Part shown: positions 1 through 9,304 of the stretch, piece after piece
How the letters are laid out: each line of letters opens with the position of its first letter
Numbering within the stretch: position 1 is the first letter of the stretch
Assembly: GCA_024763075.1 (NCBI GenBank)
Contig: JANTGF010000002.1
Location: 7,831 to 71,830, forward strand
Direction of reading: 5' to 3'
DNA: 64,000 nucleotides
Origin: Bacteroidales bacterium
GTDB lineage: Bacteria; Bacteroidota; Bacteroidia; Bacteroidales; VadinHA17
Position numbers and translations under genes: made by a program
The notes under the pieces: model-generated
The model's database searches: none
Told to the model about the DNA's origin: nothing
Seen by the model: only the letters and a program-made list of their open reading frames with translations

Positions 1-1
1 T

Positions 2-1090
2 GCCGATGGTGACCTTTATACATCCCAGTGTGACGGCAGAGGATGGAGATATCCTGACGGGCGACAGCGTGATTTTATGAACAATCATATTTGGAGAATA
101 GCAGGTGGTCCGGATTCAGCTTCCTTTCGGTCTGTTTTTGTTGAGGATGCCCCAGATTACTCAAGAACAGCACAAAAGGAGATCTACGGGCCTATTGTTC
201 AGCCGGATACATGTATCGAATTCCCACCTCCCGAACGACTAGATACCTGGAACTGGTATGCTTACGGTATCGTGTCCATTGATGGGAATATTTATCAGTT
301 TATTTCTCATTGCGGAGAACGGTCGGGATTTGGTTGGTTTGACGGAAGTCAGCTAATCTGGCGACCACAGGGTAAGGAAAAATGGCTTCGTTGGAATGGG
401 TCGGATGCTAATGACCGTAGCAAATGGCTTATTAACGAGGGAGATAATCAGTTATTCTTTTTTGAAGAACCGGATCTTGCTTTTTCCTGGATCACCATCG
501 CACAATTTGGCCAGGATTATCGTGAAAACAAGGATGGATATGTTTACATTTATTCACCTGAAGGCAAGGAGAAGTCAAATCTGCTGAATATGGCCCGGGT
601 AAAAAAGGGAGATATTCTGAACCGTTCCCGGTGGGAGTTTTTTGCTGGATTTGATAATTCCTTAAAAACTCAATGGACAAAGGATATTAGAAAGAGAGGT
701 GTTGTCCACACATTTCCTGAAGGATGGGGGTTCTATTCATGGTCACCGAGCGTAGTGTGGAACAAAGGTTTGGGCCTTTTCATCATGGCAGTCGCTGGAA
801 CACAACGTCCGGGAACAGGTGGAGTACTTGAGAACTATATGCATTATGAACCCGGTGAATTGAGGTTCCTCTGGTCTGAGAATCCCTGGGGGCCATGGAC
901 TGAATTTTACAGGGATGAAAAATGGATCGCTGACGATCCTGAGAACCGGCTCTATCTTCCCCAATTATCTCCCAAATGGATATCTGAAGATGGTAAAAGC
1001 ATGTATATGGTCTTTTCGGATGCCGGACGCAGATATAGTAAGCGTTATTTATGGAATATGCAGAAATTTAGGATCACGTTTGATAAATAA
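2..1090 (+). CDS. Uncharacterised secreted protein, 5' end cut by the window edge; tandem paralog of 1097..2332 (possibly a DUF4185-like beta-propeller, function unknown)
   Basis: The frame is open from nt 2 (ADGDLYTSQCDGRGW...). It aligns with the next gene through shared blocks: NWY.YG..S.DGN.YQFISHC, FDGSQLIWRP, YSPEGK, ARVKK, WGFYSWSPSVVWN and PQL.PKWISEDG. The family guess is from memory of motif style only. Confidence 0.8.
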   Translation, partial: ADGDLYTSQCDGRGWRYPDGRQRDFMNNHIWRIAGGPDSASFRSVFVEDAPDYSRTAQKEIYGPIVQPDTCIEFPPPERLDTWNWYAYGIVSIDGNIYQFISHCGERSGFGWFDGSQLIWRPQGKEKWLRWNGSDANDRSKWLINEGDNQLFFFEEPDLAFSWITIAQFGQDYRENKDGYVYIYSPEGKEKSNLLNMARVKKGDILNRSRWEFFAGFDNSLKTQWTKDIRKRGVVHTFPEGWGFYSWSPSVVWNKGLGLFIMAVAGTQRPGTGGVLENYMHYEPGELRFLWSENPWGPWTEFYRDEKWIADDPENRLYLPQLSPKWISEDGKSMYMVFSDAGRRYSKRYLWNMQKFRITFDK

Positions 1091-1096
1091 ATCAAT

Positions 1097-2332
1097 ATGA
1101 AAAAGATTGGATTATATCTCATTGTTTTTGTTGTAGGAATAACAGCGTGTCAAAAAAGTGGGAAGGTTCCTGTGGGTATTACCTTCAATCAGATGGTGAT
1201 GCGTTCCGGAGACCGTGGTGACAACTGGTTTATGACCTGGGGGGAAGATGGAGCTCTGTATACCAACCAATGTGACGGTAGGGGCTGGATCAACGATGAT
1301 GGAAGTAAGCGTGATTACCATAATAATGTTATCTGGAGGATTCTCGGTGGACCCGGTACCCTGGATTTTAACCCTGAGCCTATACCATACCCTGATTATT
1401 CACGGACTGGTTTTACAGAGATCTACGGGCCTATAATTCCACCGGATTCCAGGATAGAGTTTGTTCCACCAGGAGAACTGAGGGATGGCTGGAACTGGTA
1501 TGGTTACGGGCTGATATCCGTTGACGGTAATATGTATCAGTTTATCTCCCATTGCGCTGAAAAATATGGTTGGGGCTGGTTCGATGGATCCCAACTGATA
1601 TGGAGACCCAAAGGGCAGGACAGATGGCTGCGCTGGAACGGTACAGATGCACATGATCGTGACCGGTGGTTGTTGAATGAAGGAGGCAACCAGCTTATGT
1701 TTTTTCTGGAACCTGATCTGGCATTCTCTTTTATCTCTCTGGTACAATTTGGTAAGGACTATTCGGAAAACAGGGATGGGTATATCTATCTTTATTCACC
1801 TGAGGGTAAAACAAGGTCTTTGAATCTGAATCTGGCACGAGTTAAAAAAGAAGAGATTACCGATCGCACCAAATGGGAATATTTTGTACGACATCTTGAA
1901 AACGGAAATGCAGAATGGATACAGGGAGATTTAACCAAGCGGGGGGTTGTCCACCGATTTCCAAAAGGCTGGGGTTTTTACTCATGGTCTCCTAGCGTGG
2001 TCTGGAATGAAAAACTGGGGCTCTTTATCATGGTGACAGGAGGGACGCAACCTCCGGGATCAGGGGATCCTTTGTCCAATTCTCCACATAACAAATCAGG
2101 CAGCCTTATGTTTTTGTGGGCAAAAAATCCTTGGGGACCCTGGACAAAGTTCTATTTTGAGAAAGAATGGAAAGTTGGAGAAGAAATGAACCGTACCTAT
2201 CTCCCGCAGTTAGCTCCCAAATGGATCTCGGAAGACGGTACAGAAATGTTTGTAGTATTCTCTGACGCGGGAGGCGGACATGGCCCCTATTACAAATGGA
2301 ATATGATTAAAATAAAGATTCTGATGAACTAA
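1097..2332 (+). CDS. Uncharacterised lipoprotein, tandem paralog of the upstream gene (possibly DUF4185-like)
   Basis: Lipoprotein-type signal (VVGITAC/QKSG). Starts 7 nt after the paralog stop. Colinear similarity to 2..1090 along the whole length. Confidence 0.85.
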   Translation: MKKIGLYLIVFVVGITACQKSGKVPVGITFNQMVMRSGDRGDNWFMTWGEDGALYTNQCDGRGWINDDGSKRDYHNNVIWRILGGPGTLDFNPEPIPYPDYSRTGFTEIYGPIIPPDSRIEFVPPGELRDGWNWYGYGLISVDGNMYQFISHCAEKYGWGWFDGSQLIWRPKGQDRWLRWNGTDAHDRDRWLLNEGGNQLMFFLEPDLAFSFISLVQFGKDYSENRDGYIYLYSPEGKTRSLNLNLARVKKEEITDRTKWEYFVRHLENGNAEWIQGDLTKRGVVHRFPKGWGFYSWSPSVVWNEKLGLFIMVTGGTQPPGSGDPLSNSPHNKSGSLMFLWAKNPWGPWTKFYFEKEWKVGEEMNRTYLPQLAPKWISEDGTEMFVVFSDAGGGHGPYYKWNMIKIKILMN

Positions 2333-2657
2333 GAAAGAGAAGTAGCTGAAGCTAAGAAAAGTGTTTAATTGATCATCATTGAAGAAAAATCGATGGGAAA
2401 AAGTAAAATTTAAAAAGCACTTTTGTAAATGAATAATAGAAGTGAAAATCATTGTAATAAGCGAAAGAACAAGAAACAAAATCAAACTATTACGAAAGAA
2501 GATTTTATGATGCTGATTTTGCCTTGATTAAATCATCCTGGTTCGGAAGTTTTGTTGCCGATTGCAGAGAAGAACATACATATGTAAAAACTTATCCATA
2601 TAAAAATAGTTTTGAAGAAATTAACCAACATTCATAAATTTTTAAAATCTGTAAAAA

Positions 2658-3884
2658 ATGAAATCAATAATTTTGAGAAAAAAATTGGGTTCTTATATTT
2701 TGGTCTGTTTTGTAGTTTTAGTGTTTATTTCATCTTGTATTCAGCATAAATCTTCAGTGGAATCCCAAAAAAATAATGACTCCATTGGTCCGGTGGCAGA
2801 ACTTTGCGTTGGGGACTACCTTACGGAAGAAGAAGCAGCTGAAAAACTTCAGGAATATTCAAAGCTTTACAGTAATGCTGATGAATGGAAAGAACGGGCA
2901 AGGAAAATAAAGGAAAATATCTGGAAGGGTGCTGAAATGGATCAGATCCCCAAAGCAGAATGGATCTTTCCTATAAAGCTAACCAAGGGTGCAATACACA
3001 AGATGAATGGATACATTGTAGAAAATCAGGCATTGGAAGTTAAACCCGGGTATTTTATTTATGGAAATTTATATCTGCCTGAAAAAAATGAAGGAAAAAT
3101 GCCTGCTGTACTTTGTCCTCACGGACATTGGTTTGAATCAGGCAATTACGGACGGTTCCGACCTAATTTGCAATATCGCTGTGCTGCACTGGCTCGAATG
3201 GGTGCGGTGGTTTTTACATGGGATATGCTGGGATCAGGAGAGGATCATTTAAATGACCACATGGATCCAAAAGCGGTGCAAAAACAAAGCTATAACTCGA
3301 TTCGGGTATTAGATTATATAAGCTCCCTACCATATGTGGATACGACCAGAATTGCCGTTACAGGAGCCTCTGGAGGAGGCACACAAACCTTCTTATTGGC
3401 TGCACTGGATGACCGGATAGATGTTTCTGTGCCGACGGTAATGGTTTCTGCTCACTTTTTTGGAGGATGTGTTTGTGAAAGTCGTATGCCTATACATAAA
3501 AGGGGAAATTTTGAAACCGATAATGTGGAAATTGCGGCATCTATTTCGCCAAAACCACTTTTACTTATTGCTGATGGGGGAGACTGGACCAAAAATGTAC
3601 CTAAGGTTGAATACCCCTATATAAAGCGTATTTATGATATGTTTGGAGCGGGAGATAATGTGGAATATGCATATTTCCCCAACGAACATCATGATTATGG
3701 ATTTTCTAAGCGTAAAGCGGCTTATTCTTTTCTTGTCAAACACCTCGGGCTGGATTACAGTAAGATCTTGGATCAGAATGGCAAGGTTACGGAATCATCC
3801 ATCACACTTCTGGATACTACATCCCTTAAGGTTTTCCCTGACAGAAGTCTTGTTGTTGATCCACAACATTACAACAATAAGTAA
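2658..3884 (+). CDS. Alpha/beta-hydrolase, acetyl-esterase / dienelactone-hydrolase-like carbohydrate esterase
   Basis: Lipoprotein signal (VFISSC). Nucleophile elbow G-x-S-x-G in VTGASGGGTQTF. PAVLCPHGHW and C-terminal HHDYGF blocks are typical of AXE1/DLH-like esterases. Confidence 0.8.
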   Translation: MKSIILRKKLGSYILVCFVVLVFISSCIQHKSSVESQKNNDSIGPVAELCVGDYLTEEEAAEKLQEYSKLYSNADEWKERARKIKENIWKGAEMDQIPKAEWIFPIKLTKGAIHKMNGYIVENQALEVKPGYFIYGNLYLPEKNEGKMPAVLCPHGHWFESGNYGRFRPNLQYRCAALARMGAVVFTWDMLGSGEDHLNDHMDPKAVQKQSYNSIRVLDYISSLPYVDTTRIAVTGASGGGTQTFLLAALDDRIDVSVPTVMVSAHFFGGCVCESRMPIHKRGNFETDNVEIAASISPKPLLLIADGGDWTKNVPKVEYPYIKRIYDMFGAGDNVEYAYFPNEHHDYGFSKRKAAYSFLVKHLGLDYSKILDQNGKVTESSITLLDTTSLKVFPDRSLVVDPQHYNNK

Positions 3885-3912
3885 GGACATATAATAATAT
3901 GGGTAAAATGGA

Positions 3913-6465
3913 ATGAAATTATTTATTGTTTTAATTGCAGGATTATTGCTCTCTGCCACTCTTTATTGTCAGGATAGTTCCGGCGATCCGAAGCTTATGG
4001 CCCATTGGAAAATGGATGAAACCTCAGGATTTGTCCTGTTTGATTCCAGCGGCAACAGGCTGGACGCTGCACTTCATAATACAGATGCATCAGTGCATAC
4101 CGGGGGTGTATTTGGTAATGGGATATATTTGAATGGAAGTGACCAGGATGCCTCTGTTCTGAATGCCGACCTGCTTAAGTGTACTTCGGTCACGGTTACA
4201 GCCTGGGTGAAATTAGAAATAGGAATTTCTGACTGGAGATGGGTTGCAGGCCATGGCGATAACTATGGGCTTGTGGTAAACCGGTTTGGAAATGGTGGTG
4301 TCTTTTTTTATTTCTATGATGGATCTACCTGGCCGGGTCTGAATGCTGATGGTGTGGATATCAGGGATGGACATTGGCACCATTTAGCAGCTTCCTATAA
4401 CAATATAAGTGGATTTGTCAATCTTTTTCTTGACGGCAAAATGATCAGGAGTGAATACAAAGGGAAAGCGATCGATTACTCAAAGGGAACTCAATTCACA
4501 ATTGGATCCATGATGGGAAACAGAAATTACAAAGGATGGCTGGATGATATTCGGGTATATAACGGCCCCCTCAGCTTAGAAGAGATCAACCGGGTGATGA
4601 ACAATGATGCTCCCGCCCCTGTTATTTCCAATGGATTACCCAGCGGTCATATTCCAACAGGAACAAGGGATACGCTCATTCAGATAGAGACCGATGTTCC
4701 GGCAGACTGTAAATATGATAACAGGCAGGGCGTCCCTTTTAGTGAAATGCAATATCAGTTTTCGATGACCGGAGATACTATGCATTCCTCAAGGGTCACC
4801 GGTCTTGAGGACGATAAAGAATATTCTTTTTACTGCCGTTGCAGGGATGCAAAGGGTTATGTGAACCTGGTGGATTACCCCATTTCTTTCAGCGTGGAAG
4901 ATATGCTTCCTTTGACATCTTCGGATATACCTCTTGTCGTCATTTCAACTGAAGGTGGAGTTTCAATTGTGGATGAACCAAAGGTGACAGCTCATTTAAA
5001 GATTATTGACAATGGGAATAATTCACTCAACCATTTTGCAGATACCGGGAATGTGTATGACGGAAAGATCGGAATCGAAATCCGTGGCGCATATTCTGCA
5101 ACACTTCCACAAAAGCCTTACCTTTTTGAAACCAGGACAGATTCCGGAACTAACAATAATGTGCCTTTGCTGGGTATGCCTGAGGAAAACGACTGGATCC
5201 TACTGGCAAATTACAATGATAAATCGTTCGTTCGCAATTCACTGGCATTTGAACTTTTCAGGAAGATGGGACTTTATGCCCCACGATCCAGATACTGTGA
5301 AGTTTTTATCAATGAAGAATACCAGGGAATATATTTACTTACGGAGAAAATAAAGCGGGACAAGAATAGGGTAGATATTGCCAAACTAAATGAAACTGAC
5401 AATGAAGGTGATCAGTTAACCGGTGGTTACATTATTAAAACGGATTATTATAATAATGATAACAGCTGGGAAAGTAAATACCCACCTTTCGACAATCCTA
5501 CCAAAAAAGTGCACTTTGTTTACTACTACCCAAAAGCCGATAGGATCACCCAGCAACAGAAGGATTACATCCACTATTTTATAGACACTTTCGAGGGGGT
5601 AATGCACAGCGAGACTTTCAATGATCCTGAAACAGGCTATACAGCTTACATATACCGTCAGTCCTTCGTCGACTATTTCCTGATCAGTGAGCTTAGCAGA
5701 AATGTAGATGCATATAAGAAAAGCCGGTATTTTTACAAGGATAAGGATAGCAACGGAGGTAAACTAATCTCTGGTCCGGCGTGGGATTTTGACTGGGCAT
5801 GGAAAAACATTTATGATTGTCCGGTGTTTTCCCGCACCGACGGTTCCGGTTGGTCTTACGAGGCTGGCGCTACGTGCAATCTGGATGTGACCCCACCCAT
5901 GTATATGGTAAGATTACTGGAAGATAAGGATTTTAAGGAAATTCTTGCCAACAGGTATGTATCCTTCCGTAAAACTTTTATGAGTAAAGATTCTATTTTT
6001 CATTTTATAGACTCTGTTGCCTCCTATCTGAGCAAGGCACAAAAAAAACATTACGACTACTGGGAGACCCTTGGGAAAAAAGTCGGAGCTCCGGAAGTGG
6101 AGCCAGCAGCCAAAACCTATGAAGAGGAGGTCCAAAGATTGAAGGACTGGATCAGTTTACGGCTCGCGTGGCTTGATGAAAATATGCCCGGGCAGGAATA
6201 CATCACATCTACGGAGACCGTGAAATCCGGCCAGATATTCCGGGTTTTCCCTAATCCTGCATCCGACCAACTGTATATTGAATCGGACAGAATCATCCAA
6301 ACGGTTACATTTTACAATTTGTCTGGATTGGCTATATTCAGCAGTGGCAACCTAAATACCTATTCTTTTCAAATGAATGTGTCCAATTTTTTGGGGGGAG
6401 TCTATTTAATAAGGGTAGAAACTGTGTCTGGCATGCATAAGATCCTAAAGGTTGTTATACGATAA
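3913..6465 (+). CDS. CotH-family (kinase-like) protein with N-terminal LamG_3 domain, Cys-containing Ig-like module and T9SS C-terminal sorting domain
   Basis: Signal peptide. LamG_3 blocks: AHWKMDETSG, WHHLAASYN, LDDIRVYN. CotH core: DKSFVRNSLAFELFRKMGLYAPRSRYCEVFINEEYQGIYLLTEKIKRDKNRV, PAWDFDWAW. T9SS tail: FRVFPNPASDQLYI...GVYLIRV...KVVIR. Confidence 0.88.
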   Translation: MKLFIVLIAGLLLSATLYCQDSSGDPKLMAHWKMDETSGFVLFDSSGNRLDAALHNTDASVHTGGVFGNGIYLNGSDQDASVLNADLLKCTSVTVTAWVKLEIGISDWRWVAGHGDNYGLVVNRFGNGGVFFYFYDGSTWPGLNADGVDIRDGHWHHLAASYNNISGFVNLFLDGKMIRSEYKGKAIDYSKGTQFTIGSMMGNRNYKGWLDDIRVYNGPLSLEEINRVMNNDAPAPVISNGLPSGHIPTGTRDTLIQIETDVPADCKYDNRQGVPFSEMQYQFSMTGDTMHSSRVTGLEDDKEYSFYCRCRDAKGYVNLVDYPISFSVEDMLPLTSSDIPLVVISTEGGVSIVDEPKVTAHLKIIDNGNNSLNHFADTGNVYDGKIGIEIRGAYSATLPQKPYLFETRTDSGTNNNVPLLGMPEENDWILLANYNDKSFVRNSLAFELFRKMGLYAPRSRYCEVFINEEYQGIYLLTEKIKRDKNRVDIAKLNETDNEGDQLTGGYIIKTDYYNNDNSWESKYPPFDNPTKKVHFVYYYPKADRITQQQKDYIHYFIDTFEGVMHSETFNDPETGYTAYIYRQSFVDYFLISELSRNVDAYKKSRYFYKDKDSNGGKLISGPAWDFDWAWKNIYDCPVFSRTDGSGWSYEAGATCNLDVTPPMYMVRLLEDKDFKEILANRYVSFRKTFMSKDSIFHFIDSVASYLSKAQKKHYDYWETLGKKVGAPEVEPAAKTYEEEVQRLKDWISLRLAWLDENMPGQEYITSTETVKSGQIFRVFPNPASDQLYIESDRIIQTVTFYNLSGLAIFSSGNLNTYSFQMNVSNFLGGVYLIRVETVSGMHKILKVVIR

Positions 6466-6571
6466 TAAGTTTTTTTTTATCTGGGTAGTAATAAAAAGCA
6501 AGCTTGCTTAACATTTCGGGAGATACGTATTATGCGGATGAGCCAAAAAAAGAAGTTATAACAAGGATGTT

Positions 6572-8755
6572 TCATTGTTTCAATAATTCAGATATCATTT
6601 TTTCAATGTTTTCTTCATCGAGTATCATCCATGATAGGTCTTCACGCTGACTGGATAAATGAAAATACCTGTCTTTAACAAAATTTTCGGGCATTTTTAT
6701 AAATCGTGTTTTTGCATAAATCGTTTGCAGGTCTTCCCATGCTTTATGAAATTCATCAATAGAATATTGAATTTCTTTCCTGGCTTCTTTACGGGAATGA
6801 ACATCTGTTGTATCAAATTTATACAGAGACAATAATATTTTCGGATAAGTTACCTGAAAGCGGTTAAGGGCGTTAAACAACTCCCAGTGATAACGGTTTT
6901 TGGTTGAGTTATACAAATATTCATTTAACTTTTCTGATGTATTATTATAGTAGCCTATTATTTTACGTGCAGTTTCTAACCTGTCTGCATATCTTTCCGC
7001 CCACTTTCCCGGTTTGTTTAAATCAGGCATATCAATAAGCAGGGGGGTGAAATCATTTCTGGTGCGTTGTATTTCTTTTTCCTTTTCAGATACCCAGTTT
7101 GCCAGACCAGGGATTTGTGTTAGAGCATTCTGTACATCGGTTTTTTTACCATTTTTGTAAAAAGCATGGGCCCAGAAATCAGCAGATTCAACAAGCATTT
7201 TGTAAATTTTGTAATAATTACTCTCCGCTAAACCGTACTCCCTTTGCATATAAGCTTTATCAAATTCATCCAAAGACTTTAAATCAGGTGACCAGCTATA
7301 TTCAGCCGAGGCAATAAATCCTTTCCAGAAGGTCTCTATATGGGGTGATGCATCATCCCAGGCACAGGTAAGCATCCCTTTTATATTATTTTCATTGGCT
7401 ACAACAGCAAGGCCTTTTAGTGATGCAGGTCCTCCGTCAAGGTCTTTACCAGGCCTTCGTTCATCAAAGGGAAACAGACAACCGATAGTCTGTGCTGCGC
7501 CGGAAACCATTGACTTAAGTCCAAGTTTATTATATAATTTCAAGGCGCTTAAGGTACCGGGTTGATATCCGCCCCAATAGTTCCAACGCATAAACACAGC
7601 ACCTTTGGGATAATCCGAAATAAGATCAATGAATTTTGTTTCCCCATCTGCCCATATTTTTTTATACTCCTCTTTGGTTATTGTATTATCCCAGGCAGTG
7701 CGGTAAAAATCATCGCTTACCTGCTTAAATGGCATATCATCCCAAAAAATTGGCGTCCTTCCATGATTCAATAAAAAATTACTAACTTTTTTTAACCATA
7801 TTAAGTTTAGCTTACCAATTCCATATTTTTGTGCAACAGGTTTGCAACGGGGGCACTGTCCCAGTTCATCAACTTCGTCAGCTCCTATATGAACATATTT
7901 TGAGCCTGGAGTTGCTTCAATTGCATCAAGATATAAATCAAATTGGACATCATAAGTTTCATCCAGCATTGGACAGAAAGCATATTTGCTTTCAGGGTTC
8001 TCACGTAAATGTTTATATTTTTCGTGTTTCAAAATGTATGTGGCATGACCTAGCCCCTGAATAAGAGGCGAGATATCAATGTACCTTTCCTTTGCATACT
8101 CAGTCAGAGCAGCCACCTCCTCAATGCTCATTGATATAGGAGAGGCTACGTCAGGTTGCCTGCGGTATCTAAGCTTATCTTCAAATTCAAATATTACTCC
8201 GTTTATTTTATATCGGGCAAGACGGTCAATCATTTTATAGTAATAATCTATGTGATCTAGTTGATGTCTTAAAGTAATGTGTACTGCCCTGTAAGGTATG
8301 GCAGGATAATCGAGTATTTCGCAGGATGGAATTGTTACATCTTTATCGCGTGAATCTTCAAGAAGTTGCTCAAGAGTTTGACAACCATAAAAAATTCCGG
8401 CTTCTTTTCTTGCTCTTATTTCAATGCCATTTTTCTTTACTGTTAACTTATATCCTTCAGGGTTACTCATTTCGTTAAAAGCAGAATCAATGATTAACGA
8501 AAGTTTTGGGCCTTTTGCACTATTCTCAGGCAGCCGATAAAGAATATCTCCCATTACCGGCCGCGTTGATACTCCTTTCATTTCAAGAGCAGTTAAATCT
8601 CCATACTTTATCCCTTTGGCATCGGTAACTTTGATTTTTTTTGGCTGAGGAATGATTTGGAATTCTACCGGGAATTTGGTTGAATTTTTTAAACTACAAG
8701 ATGAAATAACCAAAGTGATGCTTATTCCGAAAACTATTTTAGTTAATGTATTCAT
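6572..8755 (-). CDS. GH20 beta-N-acetylhexosaminidase lipoprotein
   Basis: Lipoprotein signal (LVISSC). GH20-type TIM-barrel blocks YRAVHITLRH, NGVIFEFED and the catalytic-region motif VHIGADEV. Confidence 0.88.
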   Translation of the reverse strand: MNTLTKIVFGISITLVISSCSLKNSTKFPVEFQIIPQPKKIKVTDAKGIKYGDLTALEMKGVSTRPVMGDILYRLPENSAKGPKLSLIIDSAFNEMSNPEGYKLTVKKNGIEIRARKEAGIFYGCQTLEQLLEDSRDKDVTIPSCEILDYPAIPYRAVHITLRHQLDHIDYYYKMIDRLARYKINGVIFEFEDKLRYRRQPDVASPISMSIEEVAALTEYAKERYIDISPLIQGLGHATYILKHEKYKHLRENPESKYAFCPMLDETYDVQFDLYLDAIEATPGSKYVHIGADEVDELGQCPRCKPVAQKYGIGKLNLIWLKKVSNFLLNHGRTPIFWDDMPFKQVSDDFYRTAWDNTITKEEYKKIWADGETKFIDLISDYPKGAVFMRWNYWGGYQPGTLSALKLYNKLGLKSMVSGAAQTIGCLFPFDERRPGKDLDGGPASLKGLAVVANENNIKGMLTCAWDDASPHIETFWKGFIASAEYSWSPDLKSLDEFDKAYMQREYGLAESNYYKIYKMLVESADFWAHAFYKNGKKTDVQNALTQIPGLANWVSEKEKEIQRTRNDFTPLLIDMPDLNKPGKWAERYADRLETARKIIGYYNNTSEKLNEYLYNSTKNRYHWELFNALNRFQVTYPKILLSLYKFDTTDVHSRKEARKEIQYSIDEFHKAWEDLQTIYAKTRFIKMPENFVKDRYFHLSSQREDLSWMILDEENIEKMISELLKQ

Positions 8756-9124
8756 AAGGATACTTTTATTTATTAAATGTTTGTTATTATTTTTTTCATG
8801 GATCTTTGATCCAATAGTCTTTGCAATAAGACTGCTTCCAAGGTATGTAAGGGCTTTTGAATACCAGAATCACAGGCAGGTGGTTTTTTATGATACGAGC
8901 TGTTGTAATAGCCCAAAAGAGTGATTTTTCCTTTGGCGGTTAACCTCAAAATATATACGCATTCCACCATTTGTAATAAGGAATAAACCAGTATATGAAT
9001 ACTTTTCGAAACAACAAACCTTCTTATGGGTAGAATGAAATATTTACACAAAATGTTTTAATCTGTAGTTTAAAAGATATAAATTACCACTTGTTTGCGA
9101 ATTTAATGAAAAAATCAGAAATAA

Positions 9125-9138
9125 TGTGCACGTGCACA
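9125..9138. promoter_or_regulatory. Putative LacI-family operator, perfect palindrome TGTGCACGTGCACA
   Basis: Perfect 14-bp palindrome with central CG, 167 nt upstream of the PL1 gene start at 9305. The same 14-mer occurs at 16574 and 32128. Imperfect -7-like boxes follow (TATCTTTA 9148..9155, TATCTTTT 9162..9169). Confidence 0.7.
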
Positions 9139-9304
9139 GATTTTTTTTATCTTTACAAAAATATCTTTTTTTAAGATTTTTTATCGTTGGATGCCACCTA
9201 TGGGACATAAGAATATTCGTTAAGAGAAATAAGAAAATAATTATGCCCGGGTCCGGTAAGCAGGCTCAATGAAATTGACTTAATGATTAAAAGGATTAAA
9301 TATT

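Noticed and set aside
6496-6509. 14-nt perfect palindrome AAGCAAGCTTGCTT between convergent genes, as a bidirectional terminator
   Set aside because: There is no loop (a contiguous palindrome leaves at most a ~5-bp usable stem) and no proper flanking T-run on either strand. It also contains a HindIII-like AAGCTT core that can arise by chance.
8756-9124. ORFs 8652..8924 (+) and 8773..9051 (-) in the long GH20/PL1 intergenic region
   Set aside because: They overlap each other on opposite strands and are low-complexity and AT-driven, with no motifs. The region is more likely promoter or leader DNA.
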